Of a stretch of DNA of 64,000 bases, positions 18,833-28,187 are shown piece by piece; positions within the stretch are counted from its first letter, which is position 1; every line of letters starts with the position of its first letter. This DNA comes from a phage, in the sequence record PV730299.1, one strand, 5' to 3'. A program made the translations under genes and the position numbers. Below the pieces are notes generated by a model. The model ran no database searches. It saw nothing but the letters and a program-made list of their open reading frames with translations, and was not told where the DNA came from.

Positions 18833-19940
18833 CCAGTTTGTTCAGGCGTTGTTGGGCAGCATTATAGAAGTGCTCTGCTAGTTTACAGACATTGTCGGGG
18901 CGCTGAATGTTGTTCCCTGCGCGGATATCCTTCTTCAGGACTTCCACCGCATCGGTCGCCACCATCTCTTCGGTGACCTCAACCTTCTCGGCAGCAACAG
19001 TAATCGTCCGGTCGATGAAGTTGTAGTCAATACACTTGCATCGCTTCATGGCATCACAGAACTTTTCATAATGCTTAGCATTGTCGCGGTTCTGTACAAT
19101 AACCTTAACGATTTGCCCTTCAATACCCAAGCCTGTGTTCAACCATTCCGGGTCGATCCAATTACCTTCTTCATCAGAGGACAACTTGGTGTAATCATAT
19201 TCCACATAGCGGAACAGCGTCTGGTGCTCGGCGTTCGGGATAAAGATCTCACCACCACGCATGTCGTCCACATAGAAGCCACGGTTAGTGCCGTCTTTGT
19301 AGTCTTCCCAGTTCAGGTGATACGGAGTCCCAATATATTGAATGTTACCTTCCATCGAACGGGTATGGAAATGCCCCGTGTCGACCCTGGTAAACTTGGA
19401 AAGCAGAGCAACGTCGATCTGACCGTGATCACAAGTAGAAGACTGGTACATTTTGAACCCCGCCAGCTCCAGATGCGCAAAACAGTACTCGGCGTCTGTA
19501 TCTTGTATCGCTTTAATAGACGCATCATAGTTCTCCTTGTTGATCCAAGGCAGCAGCAGAGTCTTGACACCCTCGATCATCACTTCGGTCGGTTCGCTGT
19601 AATAGCAGTACACATCCGGGTCGAGTTCGTTCAGGTAGGATGGCCAGTTGATGCGGTTGGACTCTTCCAGGGTGATATCATGGTTACCCACGATGCCATT
19701 CCACTTGATACCAGCCGCTTTCAACGCAGGGGTGAGTTCATCCTTCAGCCAGTCTTTGTCACGACCGTACATGAATTTGCGGACATCAAACGTATCACCG
19801 AACTGCCAGACCTCTTTGATATCAGAGTCGACAAGTTCAGGAATGAAATAATTGATGAGATAGTTCTTGATGAAGTCGCGAACGTATCGAGAACCATTAC
19901 GGCTCCCGATATGCAGATCGCCAATTTTAGCAATCGCCAT
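18825..19940 (-). CDS. 47: recombination nuclease subunit, T4 gp47-like (Mre11/SbcD family)
   Basis: 371 aa; phosphoesterase motifs IGDLHIG, GNHD; placed immediately upstream of the gp46 homologue as in T4. Confidence 0.9.
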   Translation of the reverse strand: MAIAKIGDLHIGSRNGSRYVRDFIKNYLINYFIPELVDSDIKEVWQFGDTFDVRKFMYGRDKDWLKDELTPALKAAGIKWNGIVGNHDITLEESNRINWPSYLNELDPDVYCYYSEPTEVMIEGVKTLLLPWINKENYDASIKAIQDTDAEYCFAHLELAGFKMYQSSTCDHGQIDVALLSKFTRVDTGHFHTRSMEGNIQYIGTPYHLNWEDYKDGTNRGFYVDDMRGGEIFIPNAEHQTLFRYVEYDYTKLSSDEEGNWIDPEWLNTGLGIEGQIVKVIVQNRDNAKHYEKFCDAMKRCKCIDYNFIDRTITVAAEKVEVTEEMVATDAVEVLKKDIRAGNNIQRPDNVCKLAEHFYNAAQQRLNKLDA

Positions 19941-20718
19941 TATTCTGTTTCTCCCGTTCTTCTAATCTTTGTTTGAGGGCTTCCCAATCTGGTTCCATCG
20001 CACAGATATTATCTTCCAGATTGAATTGGGTTTTGCCGAAGTCCTGATCTGAATTGTCTTCGGCCTGCGCTGTTACCGTATTCTTAGCCTGCGCCATGTA
20101 TTGAAGTATGCCTTTCGCAATCTTTTTATTCGATTCTGCGAGACGAGCTGCCTCCACCTTCTCTCGTTCCTTCTGCCTTTGAGCGTCCTTTTTGTTCTCA
20201 AAGTTGCCGATACGTTCACGGAAGTCCATGCCAATTCCTGTAGCATCAACAAAGATCTCTTGTTGGAAGTCGGGATCGTCTGCCAGGCCTGCGAACCCAC
20301 CCGCCTCTTCAAATGAGCGCAATTTGATGTACGTATGTTCTTCTTCGATATTCAGTTTACGAGCAAATGAGCGATCCGCACACATGGTCACCCAAGAAAA
20401 GAAGTTGATCTTCCCTTTCTTTCCAATATGGTCGACGTCAAAGGTGTGGAGGTAACGCAGGATGTTGACGATTGCTTCAGAGACCATGTCTTCACGGAAG
20501 GGATAATCGCGATAGTTGTAGCGGGTACTCATCTTGGTGATGATGCGCTGGACCTGCAGAGCAACATAGTTGGGGATCTTTGGAAGCCTGGTGCCCTCAG
20601 CAAGTGCTTTCTTGCGAGCAGGGATCCAATCACGAAGGATACTAATGACACGCTCGTTGTCTTCGTCCGTGAAATATTTGACGACATTCTCCCCTCTGTC
20701 CACGAAGTTCATTCCCAT
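19927..20718 (-). CDS. 55: late-transcription sigma factor, T4 gp55-like, with C-terminal extension
   Basis: 263 aa; position after gene 47 as in T4 and N-terminal two-thirds resemble gp55; about 80 extra C-terminal residues rich in Lys/Glu. Confidence 0.6.
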   Translation of the reverse strand: MGMNFVDRGENVVKYFTDEDNERVISILRDWIPARKKALAEGTRLPKIPNYVALQVQRIITKMSTRYNYRDYPFREDMVSEAIVNILRYLHTFDVDHIGKKGKINFFSWVTMCADRSFARKLNIEEEHTYIKLRSFEEAGGFAGLADDPDFQQEIFVDATGIGMDFRERIGNFENKKDAQRQKEREKVEAARLAESNKKIAKGILQYMAQAKNTVTAQAEDNSDQDFGKTQFNLEDNICAMEPDWEALKQRLEEREKQNNGDC

Positions 20719-20729
20719 TATGATAGCCC

Positions 20730-21257
20730 TCAGATACCGATAAATTCATCAAAAGATCCAACAACCTTCTTCACCGAGATATTGTCATTCTCAATCAGGA
20801 AGTTGCTGTCGTTTTTGGCTGCTGTAGCCCAGTCATCGGCAAGTTCGTTGCCTTCGTGTCCCGCATGACCCTTAACCCATTTTAGTTCAACATCACAAAT
20901 TGAACAAACGAGATCATAGATTCTGAACAGATCTTTGATGAGTTCAACGTTCTTTTCTGGGAACCCCTGATACTCCCACTTCGTTCGCCATTCGGTGACA
21001 CTCTTGATGGCATATTGGCTGTCAGACCAAATTGTTGCCTTTGGTATTCTGCGCTCACCCTTTCCTGAGAATGCCCACAGTAGCTTCAATGCGTTGGTCA
21101 CACCCAACAACTCGGCGATGTTGTTAGTGGACGGGGGAGGTAGATGACCGAAGAACACCTTCCATTGCATACCCGTTATTGGCCTGATGACAAATGCCCA
21201 GCCTGCGGCCTGGTTGGTCTTCGGGTTAGAACCCCCGTCAGAATAAATTTCTATCAT
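20730..21257 (-). CDS. rnhA: ribonuclease HI (RnhA-type)
   Basis: Motifs IYSDGGS, TNNIAEL, SDSQY, WVKGHAGHEGNELAD match the RNase H1 catalytic core; start taken at MIEIYSDGG. Confidence 0.8.
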   Translation of the reverse strand: MIEIYSDGGSNPKTNQAAGWAFVIRPITGMQWKVFFGHLPPPSTNNIAELLGVTNALKLLWAFSGKGERRIPKATIWSDSQYAIKSVTEWRTKWEYQGFPEKNVELIKDLFRIYDLVCSICDVELKWVKGHAGHEGNELADDWATAAKNDSNFLIENDNISVKKVVGSFDEFIGI

Positions 21258-21259
21258 GA

Positions 21260-21267
21260 TATAAATA
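21260..21267 (+). promoter_or_regulatory. T4-type late promoter core TATAAATA
   Basis: Exact TATAAATA on the plus strand about 36 nt upstream of the 21303 start codon. Confidence 0.5.
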
Positions 21268-21302
21268 TCCCAAACTGGTTTTATAGAAAGAGGAATGAAA
21301 CT

Positions 21303-22070
21303 ATGGCACCCCGCGCATATCGTTTCAGTCTCACCGCCCCGCAGATTGAGCAATTGCTCCTCTCTATCTATGATGCTATCAAGTCAGAAGATATCATCTA
21401 TGATTATGCTGCAGGTGGGACTGCTGGACAAGTCGCAGCAGCGTCTGCTGTCAAGAACATGTGGTTGAAGCTCAACGAGATGGTGACAGGCCAAGGTCTC
21501 AAAGATGCCATCAACGATGCAGAAGACAGCAACGTGTTCACCGACTATTATAAGTCTTTACTGGATCGCGAAGGCTGGAAATTTATTGGATCTCCAGCAG
21601 ATGAACTTCAGCGAGGCGACATCGATACTTCGAACTTCAAAGGTGGTGAGGTCATTCTACTTCAGAAGAACGCTTCGGGCAACCCAGAATTCCAATACTG
21701 GAAGCGAACCCCTGTTGCTGGGGGTGATCCTACCTTTGCATGGGCTTCGGTCTATGAAGGGAACTCCAATGATTCCAGCATAGAGATTCCCGTGGTTGGC
21801 ACCAGCGTACTCAAGGACATCCCCAAGGCACTCTTCCATATGATCGAGTTCAGAGTGCATGTGTACGATGAGACACTGGGTCATTGGCAAGACACCGACG
21901 GGAAGGTGGGGTATCGTGGCGAGGATCTGATCTACAGTGTATACAACCATATTCAGACCAAACCTCTCGCCACCATTGACTTCAGCCAAGATACGGACAA
22001 TATGACGGTTTCTGTGACGTCGTTGGAACCGAATGTCAAGTGCCATCTGTCCTTCGTTGCGGGTTACTAA
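21303..22070 (+). CDS. hypothetical late protein
   Basis: 255 aa from MAPRAYRF; SD AGAGGAATGAAACT-ATG; the track start at 21144 overlaps the antisense RNase H gene. Confidence 0.6.
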   Translation: MAPRAYRFSLTAPQIEQLLLSIYDAIKSEDIIYDYAAGGTAGQVAAASAVKNMWLKLNEMVTGQGLKDAINDAEDSNVFTDYYKSLLDREGWKFIGSPADELQRGDIDTSNFKGGEVILLQKNASGNPEFQYWKRTPVAGGDPTFAWASVYEGNSNDSSIEIPVVGTSVLKDIPKALFHMIEFRVHVYDETLGHWQDTDGKVGYRGEDLIYSVYNHIQTKPLATIDFSQDTDNMTVSVTSLEPNVKCHLSFVAGY

Positions 22071-23785
22071 ACCTCAAACACGGCATCAGTGAACCAAGCG
22101 GGGAAGAACTCTGGGTTGCGCATCATCAGTGATTCAAAAGAAGAATCAAGGATGTACGTCGCAGCCCAGTCATTCACGCCCCTGACCGAACGCCCACACA
22201 TCTGAACGATACGCAGTACCGCCATCCTGAAGTACGCCGATGGGTCCACACTGTTGACGTGGGCCACCAGAGGATCACCAAGGTAATCGTATGGCACCTT
22301 GATCAAGATCTGAAATCGACTATAATCGCCTTTGAAGTCATACCCCTCTTCCATGGCCGGACTGGCGATGACACAAGGCGTCTTCGTCCTGAACGCGTGT
22401 TCCATGATGTCCATCAGAGCCTTACGAGTACGAGGAACGTGAATCATATTCCGGTACTTACTGAACTTTTGTAGAGCCAGGGCGCGGTCATAACTGACTG
22501 TGTGAATGATGCCAGACTGCCCAGGGTGGAACGCGATAATTTCATCCACGTATTCAGCCAGCTTCTTCATCTCGTAGTCGCCCATGTTCGCTGTCATCTT
22601 CATGATGGGCATGTAGTTGACTTTCCGGTTCTCAATCGGGATAGGGTTGCCGATCTGTATCTTGTGGTACTCACCCTCGCGGATACCCAGTGACCGGGCG
22701 TACGAGTCAATCCCACAAATGGTAGCCGACATGTGAACGTGGTAGTCACCCTTGCGGAACAGGCCGAACTGGGATACATCAGAGGCGATGACAGGCTTGA
22801 ACTGAATCATGCCCTTGTCCTTCTCCTGTACGATGAAAGTGCTGGCGTTGGTCTGCCCCATGATACCACAGTAGTCGCTGAGGTTGTGAAGATTATCAAT
22901 AATATCAGACAGCTTCATCACCTGGGCTTCAGTCAGGCGCTCATCCTCTACCAGTTCCTCAAGAGTTTCCAACAGGGCTTCAACCTTGCCGTGTAGTTCA
23001 TCAAATATCGCATGCATCTCACCAGACAGGGAATACAGCTTGCCCAATTCATAGTTCTCTGTGCGGGTGATGATATCCTTGATGGTCTCCACGATAGGCA
23101 CTCCCTCGGGGATCGTAAGCAACCCTTCCACAGCCTTTATGTTGTATTCCATGATCGTGTGCTCTAGGAGCGTAGAGGGCATTTTATGACACTCGTCAAG
23201 GATCAGCATATCGGCACGGTTTTCCGGCTTCATACAAATCGTCGTACACATCTCCACCATCATGGCGGCGTTGGTGCAGCGCAGGGAGGAGACGTCGGTC
23301 CACTGTCTACGCGCCTGAACATATGGGCAACGATTCTTACTACAGTGGCCATCACGGCATGCCATACGACACTGAATGGCGTTGTAGTATAGGTCGGGAC
23401 TGATGTGGCAACGATAGTTCTTCTTGCCCTTCAGGATGTCTATCGCCACGGCTTTCTCTGCTGCATACTGATCCTGTAAACCTTTGGTCGGCGTCGTGAT
23501 AGACGTGCGGAACTGACCATACGGGTTGTGCTCAAGAACCAAATGGCGAAGCACGTTATGGATGGTAGTGCCGATGAGGGATTTACCTACACCAGTCGGA
23601 GCCTCGATGATCACGTGTTTGAATTTCTTATTCACAAGGGCATCAATGGCTTCAACGATGCATTCCATCTGGCCGGGGTTGGCGGTGTCATACGGGAAGA
23701 ACTCAGTGGCAAGAGACTTGATGCGGTCTATGCTGACTGGTCCGACGCCGTTAAGCGCCTTGGTATATTGGTTGAATGCTGTCAC
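22067..23785 (-). CDS. DinG/XPD-like ATP-dependent helicase with putative Fe-S cluster
   Basis: 572 aa; Walker A APTGVGKS, DEAH-type box LILDECH, cysteine cluster CHISPD...CRMACRDGHC...CPY; GTG start preceded by AGGAGG at ideal spacing. Confidence 0.75.
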   Translation of the reverse strand: MTAFNQYTKALNGVGPVSIDRIKSLATEFFPYDTANPGQMECIVEAIDALVNKKFKHVIIEAPTGVGKSLIGTTIHNVLRHLVLEHNPYGQFRTSITTPTKGLQDQYAAEKAVAIDILKGKKNYRCHISPDLYYNAIQCRMACRDGHCSKNRCPYVQARRQWTDVSSLRCTNAAMMVEMCTTICMKPENRADMLILDECHKMPSTLLEHTIMEYNIKAVEGLLTIPEGVPIVETIKDIITRTENYELGKLYSLSGEMHAIFDELHGKVEALLETLEELVEDERLTEAQVMKLSDIIDNLHNLSDYCGIMGQTNASTFIVQEKDKGMIQFKPVIASDVSQFGLFRKGDYHVHMSATICGIDSYARSLGIREGEYHKIQIGNPIPIENRKVNYMPIMKMTANMGDYEMKKLAEYVDEIIAFHPGQSGIIHTVSYDRALALQKFSKYRNMIHVPRTRKALMDIMEHAFRTKTPCVIASPAMEEGYDFKGDYSRFQILIKVPYDYLGDPLVAHVNSVDPSAYFRMAVLRIVQMCGRSVRGVNDWAATYILDSSFESLMMRNPEFFPAWFTDAVFEV

Positions 23786-23827
23786 TTTCTTCCTCCTATG
23801 GGATTCGCCTTTAGTTTACCCGATCCC

Positions 23828-23864
23828 CAAGAACGAAAAAGCCGGAGCATTGTACTCCGGCTTT
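23828..23864 (-). terminator. rho-independent terminator downstream of the HU-like gene
   Basis: 10-bp stem AAAGCCGGAG-N7-CTCCGGCTTT followed by TTTTCGTTCTT on the minus-strand transcript. Confidence 0.7.
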
Positions 23865-23913
23865 CTCTTTGCCATGCCCTGTAATGCAGAGCCTGGCCGC
23901 GCGTCAGATAGAA

Positions 23914-24192
23914 TTACTTGCCGTTGGCAGCGTTCTTCAGACCTTCGCCCACTTTGAATTTCACAACGTTTTTCGCCGCGATCTGAATGGTCTGGCCGTT
24001 CAGAGGGTTGCGACCTTCACGCGCTTCTTGGTGTTTCACTTCGAACGCACCGAAGCCGACCAGCTGTACAGATGCGCCTGCAGCAACTGCAGTTTTAACA
24101 CCGTCGATAAAGGATGCCACTACTTTCTCCGCTTCGCCTTTGGTGATATTCTGGGTCGAAGCAATGTGGGCAACAAATTCAGTACGATTCAT
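23914..24192 (-). CDS. HU/IHF-family DNA-binding protein
   Basis: 92 aa; GFGAFEV...REGRNPLNGQTIQIAAKNVVKFK matches the HU beta-arm signature. Confidence 0.85.
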   Translation of the reverse strand: MNRTEFVAHIASTQNITKGEAEKVVASFIDGVKTAVAAGASVQLVGFGAFEVKHQEAREGRNPLNGQTIQIAAKNVVKFKVGEGLKNAANGK

Positions 24193-24317
24193 CTGGATTT
24201 CTCCGTTGGGTTAATGTTTACTTTCATGTTCACTACAAGAGGACTACAGTTTAACTAACAAATTTTATTGAATAAAGCGGAATTAATAGCCTTTCACCAC
24301 GATTACAGTCTTTGTGC

Positions 24318-24758
24318 TCATATTTGCTCCGTTTGTTTCTCAACGCCCAGTGCGGCGGCATAGATACCACGAGCCATGCGATCATCACAAAATCCATGCG
24401 TAAATAATCCAGCAATGGCATCAAGGCGTTCCTGTGTTGGTGCGACAGGCACAGACACCGTTTGAACTTCAGTCTTTTCGGTGCCTTCCGGTTTCATCAA
24501 GACCTCCATTTCTTGACGGCTAACCATAATGGTTTCTACCTTATCTTCATCGATCAACATTTCGTTCAGAAGATCGTATCCCAACACTTGTGTATCGCCG
24601 ATATATGTCTTCGCGTTCAGTTCTGCTTCGATACTTAACACCCTCTGAGCTGTAAGGCCACCAGAGGAGAACGGTACTGGATAGAAGGCGGAACGAACTT
24701 GGGCACACCCATTTACGCTGTAACGAACCAGCAAGACATCACACCATACGCCAGCCAT
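24318..24758 (-). CDS. hypothetical protein
   Basis: 146 aa; SD GGAGGTG; start immediately after the stop of the upstream gene. Confidence 0.5.
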   Translation of the reverse strand: MAGVWCDVLLVRYSVNGCAQVRSAFYPVPFSSGGLTAQRVLSIEAELNAKTYIGDTQVLGYDLLNEMLIDEDKVETIMVSRQEMEVLMKPEGTEKTEVQTVSVPVAPTQERLDAIAGLFTHGFCDDRMARGIYAAALGVEKQTEQI

Positions 24759-24759
24759 A

Positions 24760-25422
24760 TTACACCTCCACCGCGTGAGACTTCAGGAGTTCATCAATCT
24801 CTTTCTGCCCCATGTATGAGAACGGGGTGCGCTGGTAGAACGCCCAGAGTACTAACTGGACAACAGCACGGGAACGGGTTTCGGCCGTCATTACCAGGCC
24901 ACTGAAATGAGGAGACTCAGCTGTCCATTGTATCTCTTCGCCCAGGTCTTGATTACAGGTCACCGAGATGCGGAACTTGTTGCACAGATTGTCGACTTCT
25001 TTGTATGCATCGGTAGACACACGAAGTTGTTCCGAATGTGCCCACGGAGTTGTGATGATTCTTTCACCCATCACTTTATCAGAGATAAACCAATCAATAC
25101 ATTCGGTAAACTCACTAAAATGGTCGATACGATAAATGCAGTCTCCCCCTTCCATAGAACGCATGGCATGATAGCGAGCGTCAATTTCGTTGTTGTGCAT
25201 AGCGTTGAAGTCGATGAACACGCGACGCGCCAACACAACATCTTCTGGTTGAAGTGCCAGGAAATCGTTCAGGCGGCTATAATGGAGGATATTGGAACCG
25301 TCGTGGCCACGTGTGAAATATGCGTAATAGCTACCGATACGGGCGTGGGCAATATAAGACAACGGGGCGAAGAATAATCCGTCAGGATCAGGACCGACGA
25401 TAATAGAATAAAGTTTTTCCAT
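24760..25422 (-). CDS. hypothetical protein
   Basis: 220 aa from MEKLYSII with the conserved CTATATC-ATG initiation context. Confidence 0.55.
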   Translation of the reverse strand: MEKLYSIIVGPDPDGLFFAPLSYIAHARIGSYYAYFTRGHDGSNILHYSRLNDFLALQPEDVVLARRVFIDFNAMHNNEIDARYHAMRSMEGGDCIYRIDHFSEFTECIDWFISDKVMGERIITTPWAHSEQLRVSTDAYKEVDNLCNKFRISVTCNQDLGEEIQWTAESPHFSGLVMTAETRSRAVVQLVLWAFYQRTPFSYMGQKEIDELLKSHAVEV

Positions 25423-25478
25423 GATATAGTCACTCAAATGAAAGGGCAGCTTTATGATAAGCCGCCCGAGGTTATTGA

Positions 25479-26414
25479 TTATTGGAAATCGCCAACATAC
25501 ATGTTCAGCTTGTCGTCCCAATTCAGAACGACACGGATCGTTCCGGTGTCTTCTGGGAAGGTCAGTTTGTCACACATGGCGCGATTAACATAAGTCCCGC
25601 TCTGGTTGACGTTGTAGTCCTTGCCTTGCATGATACCAAAACGCTTGAAGTCGCGAGTGACCATCATGTTCAGAGTTGTCCAAGGGATTGCATCGCGCAG
25701 GGCTTTGCACAGGACGATCTTGCCATCCGACCTGAACGACACAAACAGCTCGTTGGCGACACGGCGGCGAGTAGGCGGTTCAAGTTCACGCAGGGAAATA
25801 AATTCAGAGGGATCGTCCAATGCACCCAGGGCGACCATGTCTTCGCGAACTTTACTGACAACTTCAGTTACTGCTGAAACGACTTCAACAGCTGATTTTG
25901 AAGAATTTTTAAAGGGTTCTACAGTCTTGTCGGTCTTGACAATTGCGTGGCCATTCTCTGTTTTCACCAGACGTTGTGATTCCATAACCACACCCTTGCG
26001 CTTCTCCGCATATTGTTCAACAGACTTTTCGCTCACCGGAGGCAGTTTGGTGGCCGGGTTTGCATCTGGCTTCGCCTTTGGGGTACTCCGAGCCGCACGC
26101 AGCTTTTCCTGGGCTTCCAGAATGCGCTCTTGACGAGAAAGCGGAGCCTTTGGGGTGATCTTCGTACTGAAGTCAGAAACGCCGACCCAGTCACCCTGGT
26201 CATTACGCTTGGCCACCAGAGTCAGTTTGTGGATGATACCCTGAAGTTTGCTCTCACGTAAGTTGTCGGCATACCAGAACTTCGCGCCCATCTCGAACTT
26301 CTCGGCGAAGATCACGCGAGCGTCTTCGTGTACCAACATAACTTTGGCTGCGTTGGGGGCAAAAGCCTTATTCTTTTCGATAATCGCCGCAGCGATTGTT
26401 TTGGTCAGGAGCAT
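25479..26414 (-). CDS. hypothetical protein
   Basis: 311 aa; SD GAAGGAAT 8 nt upstream of ATG (the track start is a GTG one codon upstream). Confidence 0.55.
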   Translation of the reverse strand: MLLTKTIAAAIIEKNKAFAPNAAKVMLVHEDARVIFAEKFEMGAKFWYADNLRESKLQGIIHKLTLVAKRNDQGDWVGVSDFSTKITPKAPLSRQERILEAQEKLRAARSTPKAKPDANPATKLPPVSEKSVEQYAEKRKGVVMESQRLVKTENGHAIVKTDKTVEPFKNSSKSAVEVVSAVTEVVSKVREDMVALGALDDPSEFISLRELEPPTRRRVANELFVSFRSDGKIVLCKALRDAIPWTTLNMMVTRDFKRFGIMQGKDYNVNQSGTYVNRAMCDKLTFPEDTGTIRVVLNWDDKLNMYVGDFQ

Positions 26415-26453
26415 CACAGTGTATTCCTTCAGTTCACAATGTAGGGCTAAATT

Positions 26454-26780
26454 TTAACCCGAAACTTTATTTTGAAATCCGACAAAGTCCTGGGCAATCC
26501 CCCGACAATACATCAGGTCTTTCTTCGTTTGTGGACTGTTATCAGCCGCAGTCAGCATCATGGGAAGATCCAGCGCATTCTCTATCTGATCAACACTGAA
26601 CAGATCAAGGCGCTTCAGCTCCCCCTCGAAGTCGGACAGGAGGATAGATGTGTCTTTGTCATCTGGGTGGAACTGCTGATACGTCTCCATCCATGCCACA
26701 CATGTGTTCAGTTTGGACGGTGGCGCGGCGTTTACACACCCGGCTATCAGTACCAACAAGAGCAGGATTTTACATTTCAT
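26454..26780 (-). CDS. putative lipoprotein (lipobox LIAGC)
   Basis: 108 aa; N-terminus MKCKILLLLVLIAGC is a signal peptide with lipobox; strong SD GAAGGAGAA; start overlaps the stop of the upstream gene. Confidence 0.6.
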   Translation of the reverse strand: MKCKILLLLVLIAGCVNAAPPSKLNTCVAWMETYQQFHPDDKDTSILLSDFEGELKRLDLFSVDQIENALDLPMMLTAADNSPQTKKDLMYCRGIAQDFVGFQNKVSG

Positions 26781-27466
26781 CACTCGTTCTCCTTCATCAT
26801 ATTGTCGCAGTCAACACGAGTCTGCTGGAGTTCGCGCGACATGCGGGGATCATCAAGGTTCACGCTCAGATTCGTAGCCAGGTCTTTCAGACCGTTCTGA
26901 ACCCTGTCTTCAAAGTAATAATCGTTCTCAACCAGCCAGGCTCTGAGACCAAGAGCGCGGGTGCGCCATTCCTTCTTCAGGACGCGATCAGAGGTCTGTG
27001 TAGCGCTGTATTCGAATACTTTGATGCACTGGTTGCCATCGTTGATAAGGTTCAGGTGGCGGCGACCAACCTGCACACCCTTCTGTAATGCCGGAGAAGG
27101 GAGCGAACGGCACTGTCTTACGGTCATTCGGCCTTGGGTGCCCATACGCCCAGTCATGATCAAATCGCCAGCCTCCATGCCTCCACGGTTAAATTCGTCG
27201 TCATTGAGGTAGCCTTTGAGGTTATAGGCTCCCTGTTTGTAACGGTTGAACTCAATTCCGGCATTGACGACAGCAGTGGAGACGTTGCCTGTGTTCCAGA
27301 GTTCAGCGAAGTTCTCTATGGAACCAGACTTGTCGATGGCAACCGCCTGGGAGAACCCAGCGCAATAGGAAAGGTCGGACCACAGTTTATCACCTGTGGA
27401 GTTCAGCTTGGCAGCGGCGGGTAATGCCAGACCAACCAGCACAACCCCGAGGATTAAACGTTTCAT
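26780..27466 (-). CDS. secreted or membrane-anchored periplasmic protein
   Basis: 228 aa from MKRLILGVVLVGLALPAAA (hydrophobic N-terminus) with SD AAGGAGAA; immediately upstream of the lipoprotein gene. Confidence 0.55.
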   Translation of the reverse strand: MKRLILGVVLVGLALPAAAKLNSTGDKLWSDLSYCAGFSQAVAIDKSGSIENFAELWNTGNVSTAVVNAGIEFNRYKQGAYNLKGYLNDDEFNRGGMEAGDLIMTGRMGTQGRMTVRQCRSLPSPALQKGVQVGRRHLNLINDGNQCIKVFEYSATQTSDRVLKKEWRTRALGLRAWLVENDYYFEDRVQNGLKDLATNLSVNLDDPRMSRELQQTRVDCDNMMKENE

Positions 27467-27545
27467 GGCGATTCTCCTTATTTCATTGGATGAAATGATA
27501 GGCGGCTCACCATGATGAGTAAAGGGATTCAATAAACTATCGTAT

Positions 27546-27995
27546 TCAGAAACGGGTATCACTGACCGTTCTGTATCGCACACCCTGAAACTGTTTAGCG
27601 AGTTTAACAAATTCCATCGCTGGCAAATCAACTTTGTAGACCTTCATGCGCTGTTTGCCGTCCATGTTCAACGCAGCGACAAATCGGTGAGAACCGTCAA
27701 CAACGTAATTGTCAGAAGACACCCAAACTCGACCCATAGGTTTCTTATTTCTGATGTTCTTCATGATCTTCCAGACCTTCATCTTGTTGATTTCGTTCTG
27801 GGTAAGACGAAGCATTTTGATGGGCACTTGCACAGCATCTATGGACACGCCGTTGTCTTCAAGATATTTGTGAAAATCTTCTTGTTTGTCGGCATCGATT
27901 TGCGGCATAGAAGAACGAGAAAGCCCGAGGTTCCCAACAGGAATCCTCAGGCCGTTAATGATGTTCAACCAGTCAATAAAAGATGTAAGGAACAT
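27546..27995 (-). CDS. ParB-like nuclease domain protein
   Basis: 149 aa; motif YVVDGSHRFVAA matches the ParB/Srx DGxHR box. Confidence 0.55.
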   Translation of the reverse strand: MFLTSFIDWLNIINGLRIPVGNLGLSRSSMPQIDADKQEDFHKYLEDNGVSIDAVQVPIKMLRLTQNEINKMKVWKIMKNIRNKKPMGRVWVSSDNYVVDGSHRFVAALNMDGKQRMKVYKVDLPAMEFVKLAKQFQGVRYRTVSDTRF

Positions 27996-28027
27996 GACAC
28001 ACCTCGGGATATAGGGTTATCCCTTAG

Positions 28028-28186
28028 TTAGCGCATCCATCGATCCTTTCTCTCTTTCTCCTTGCGTTCGCGACGTTTCTGGTCGGATCGGAATAACCAA
28101 TAGAAGAAGTTCCCACCCAAGATGAAAACCACCGCGATTATTACTAGGACACCCTTCACAATTTCCCAAACCAATTCTTTATCCAA
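28028..28186 (-). CDS. small membrane protein (TTG start inferred)
   Basis: Hydrophobic segment VLVIIAVVFILGGNFFYWLF followed by a basic tail; SD GAGGTATAAT then TTG; the track ORF 28028-28219 starts at an upstream TTG overlapping the previous gene. Confidence 0.3.
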   Translation of the reverse strand: MDKELVWEIVKGVLVIIAVVFILGGNFFYWLFRSDQKRRERKEKERKDRWMR

Positions 28187-28187
28187 A

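Noticed and set aside
19071-19976. 301-aa plus-strand ORF antisense to the gp47 homologue
   Set aside because: Fully contained in the antisense of a confidently identified gene; no translation signals
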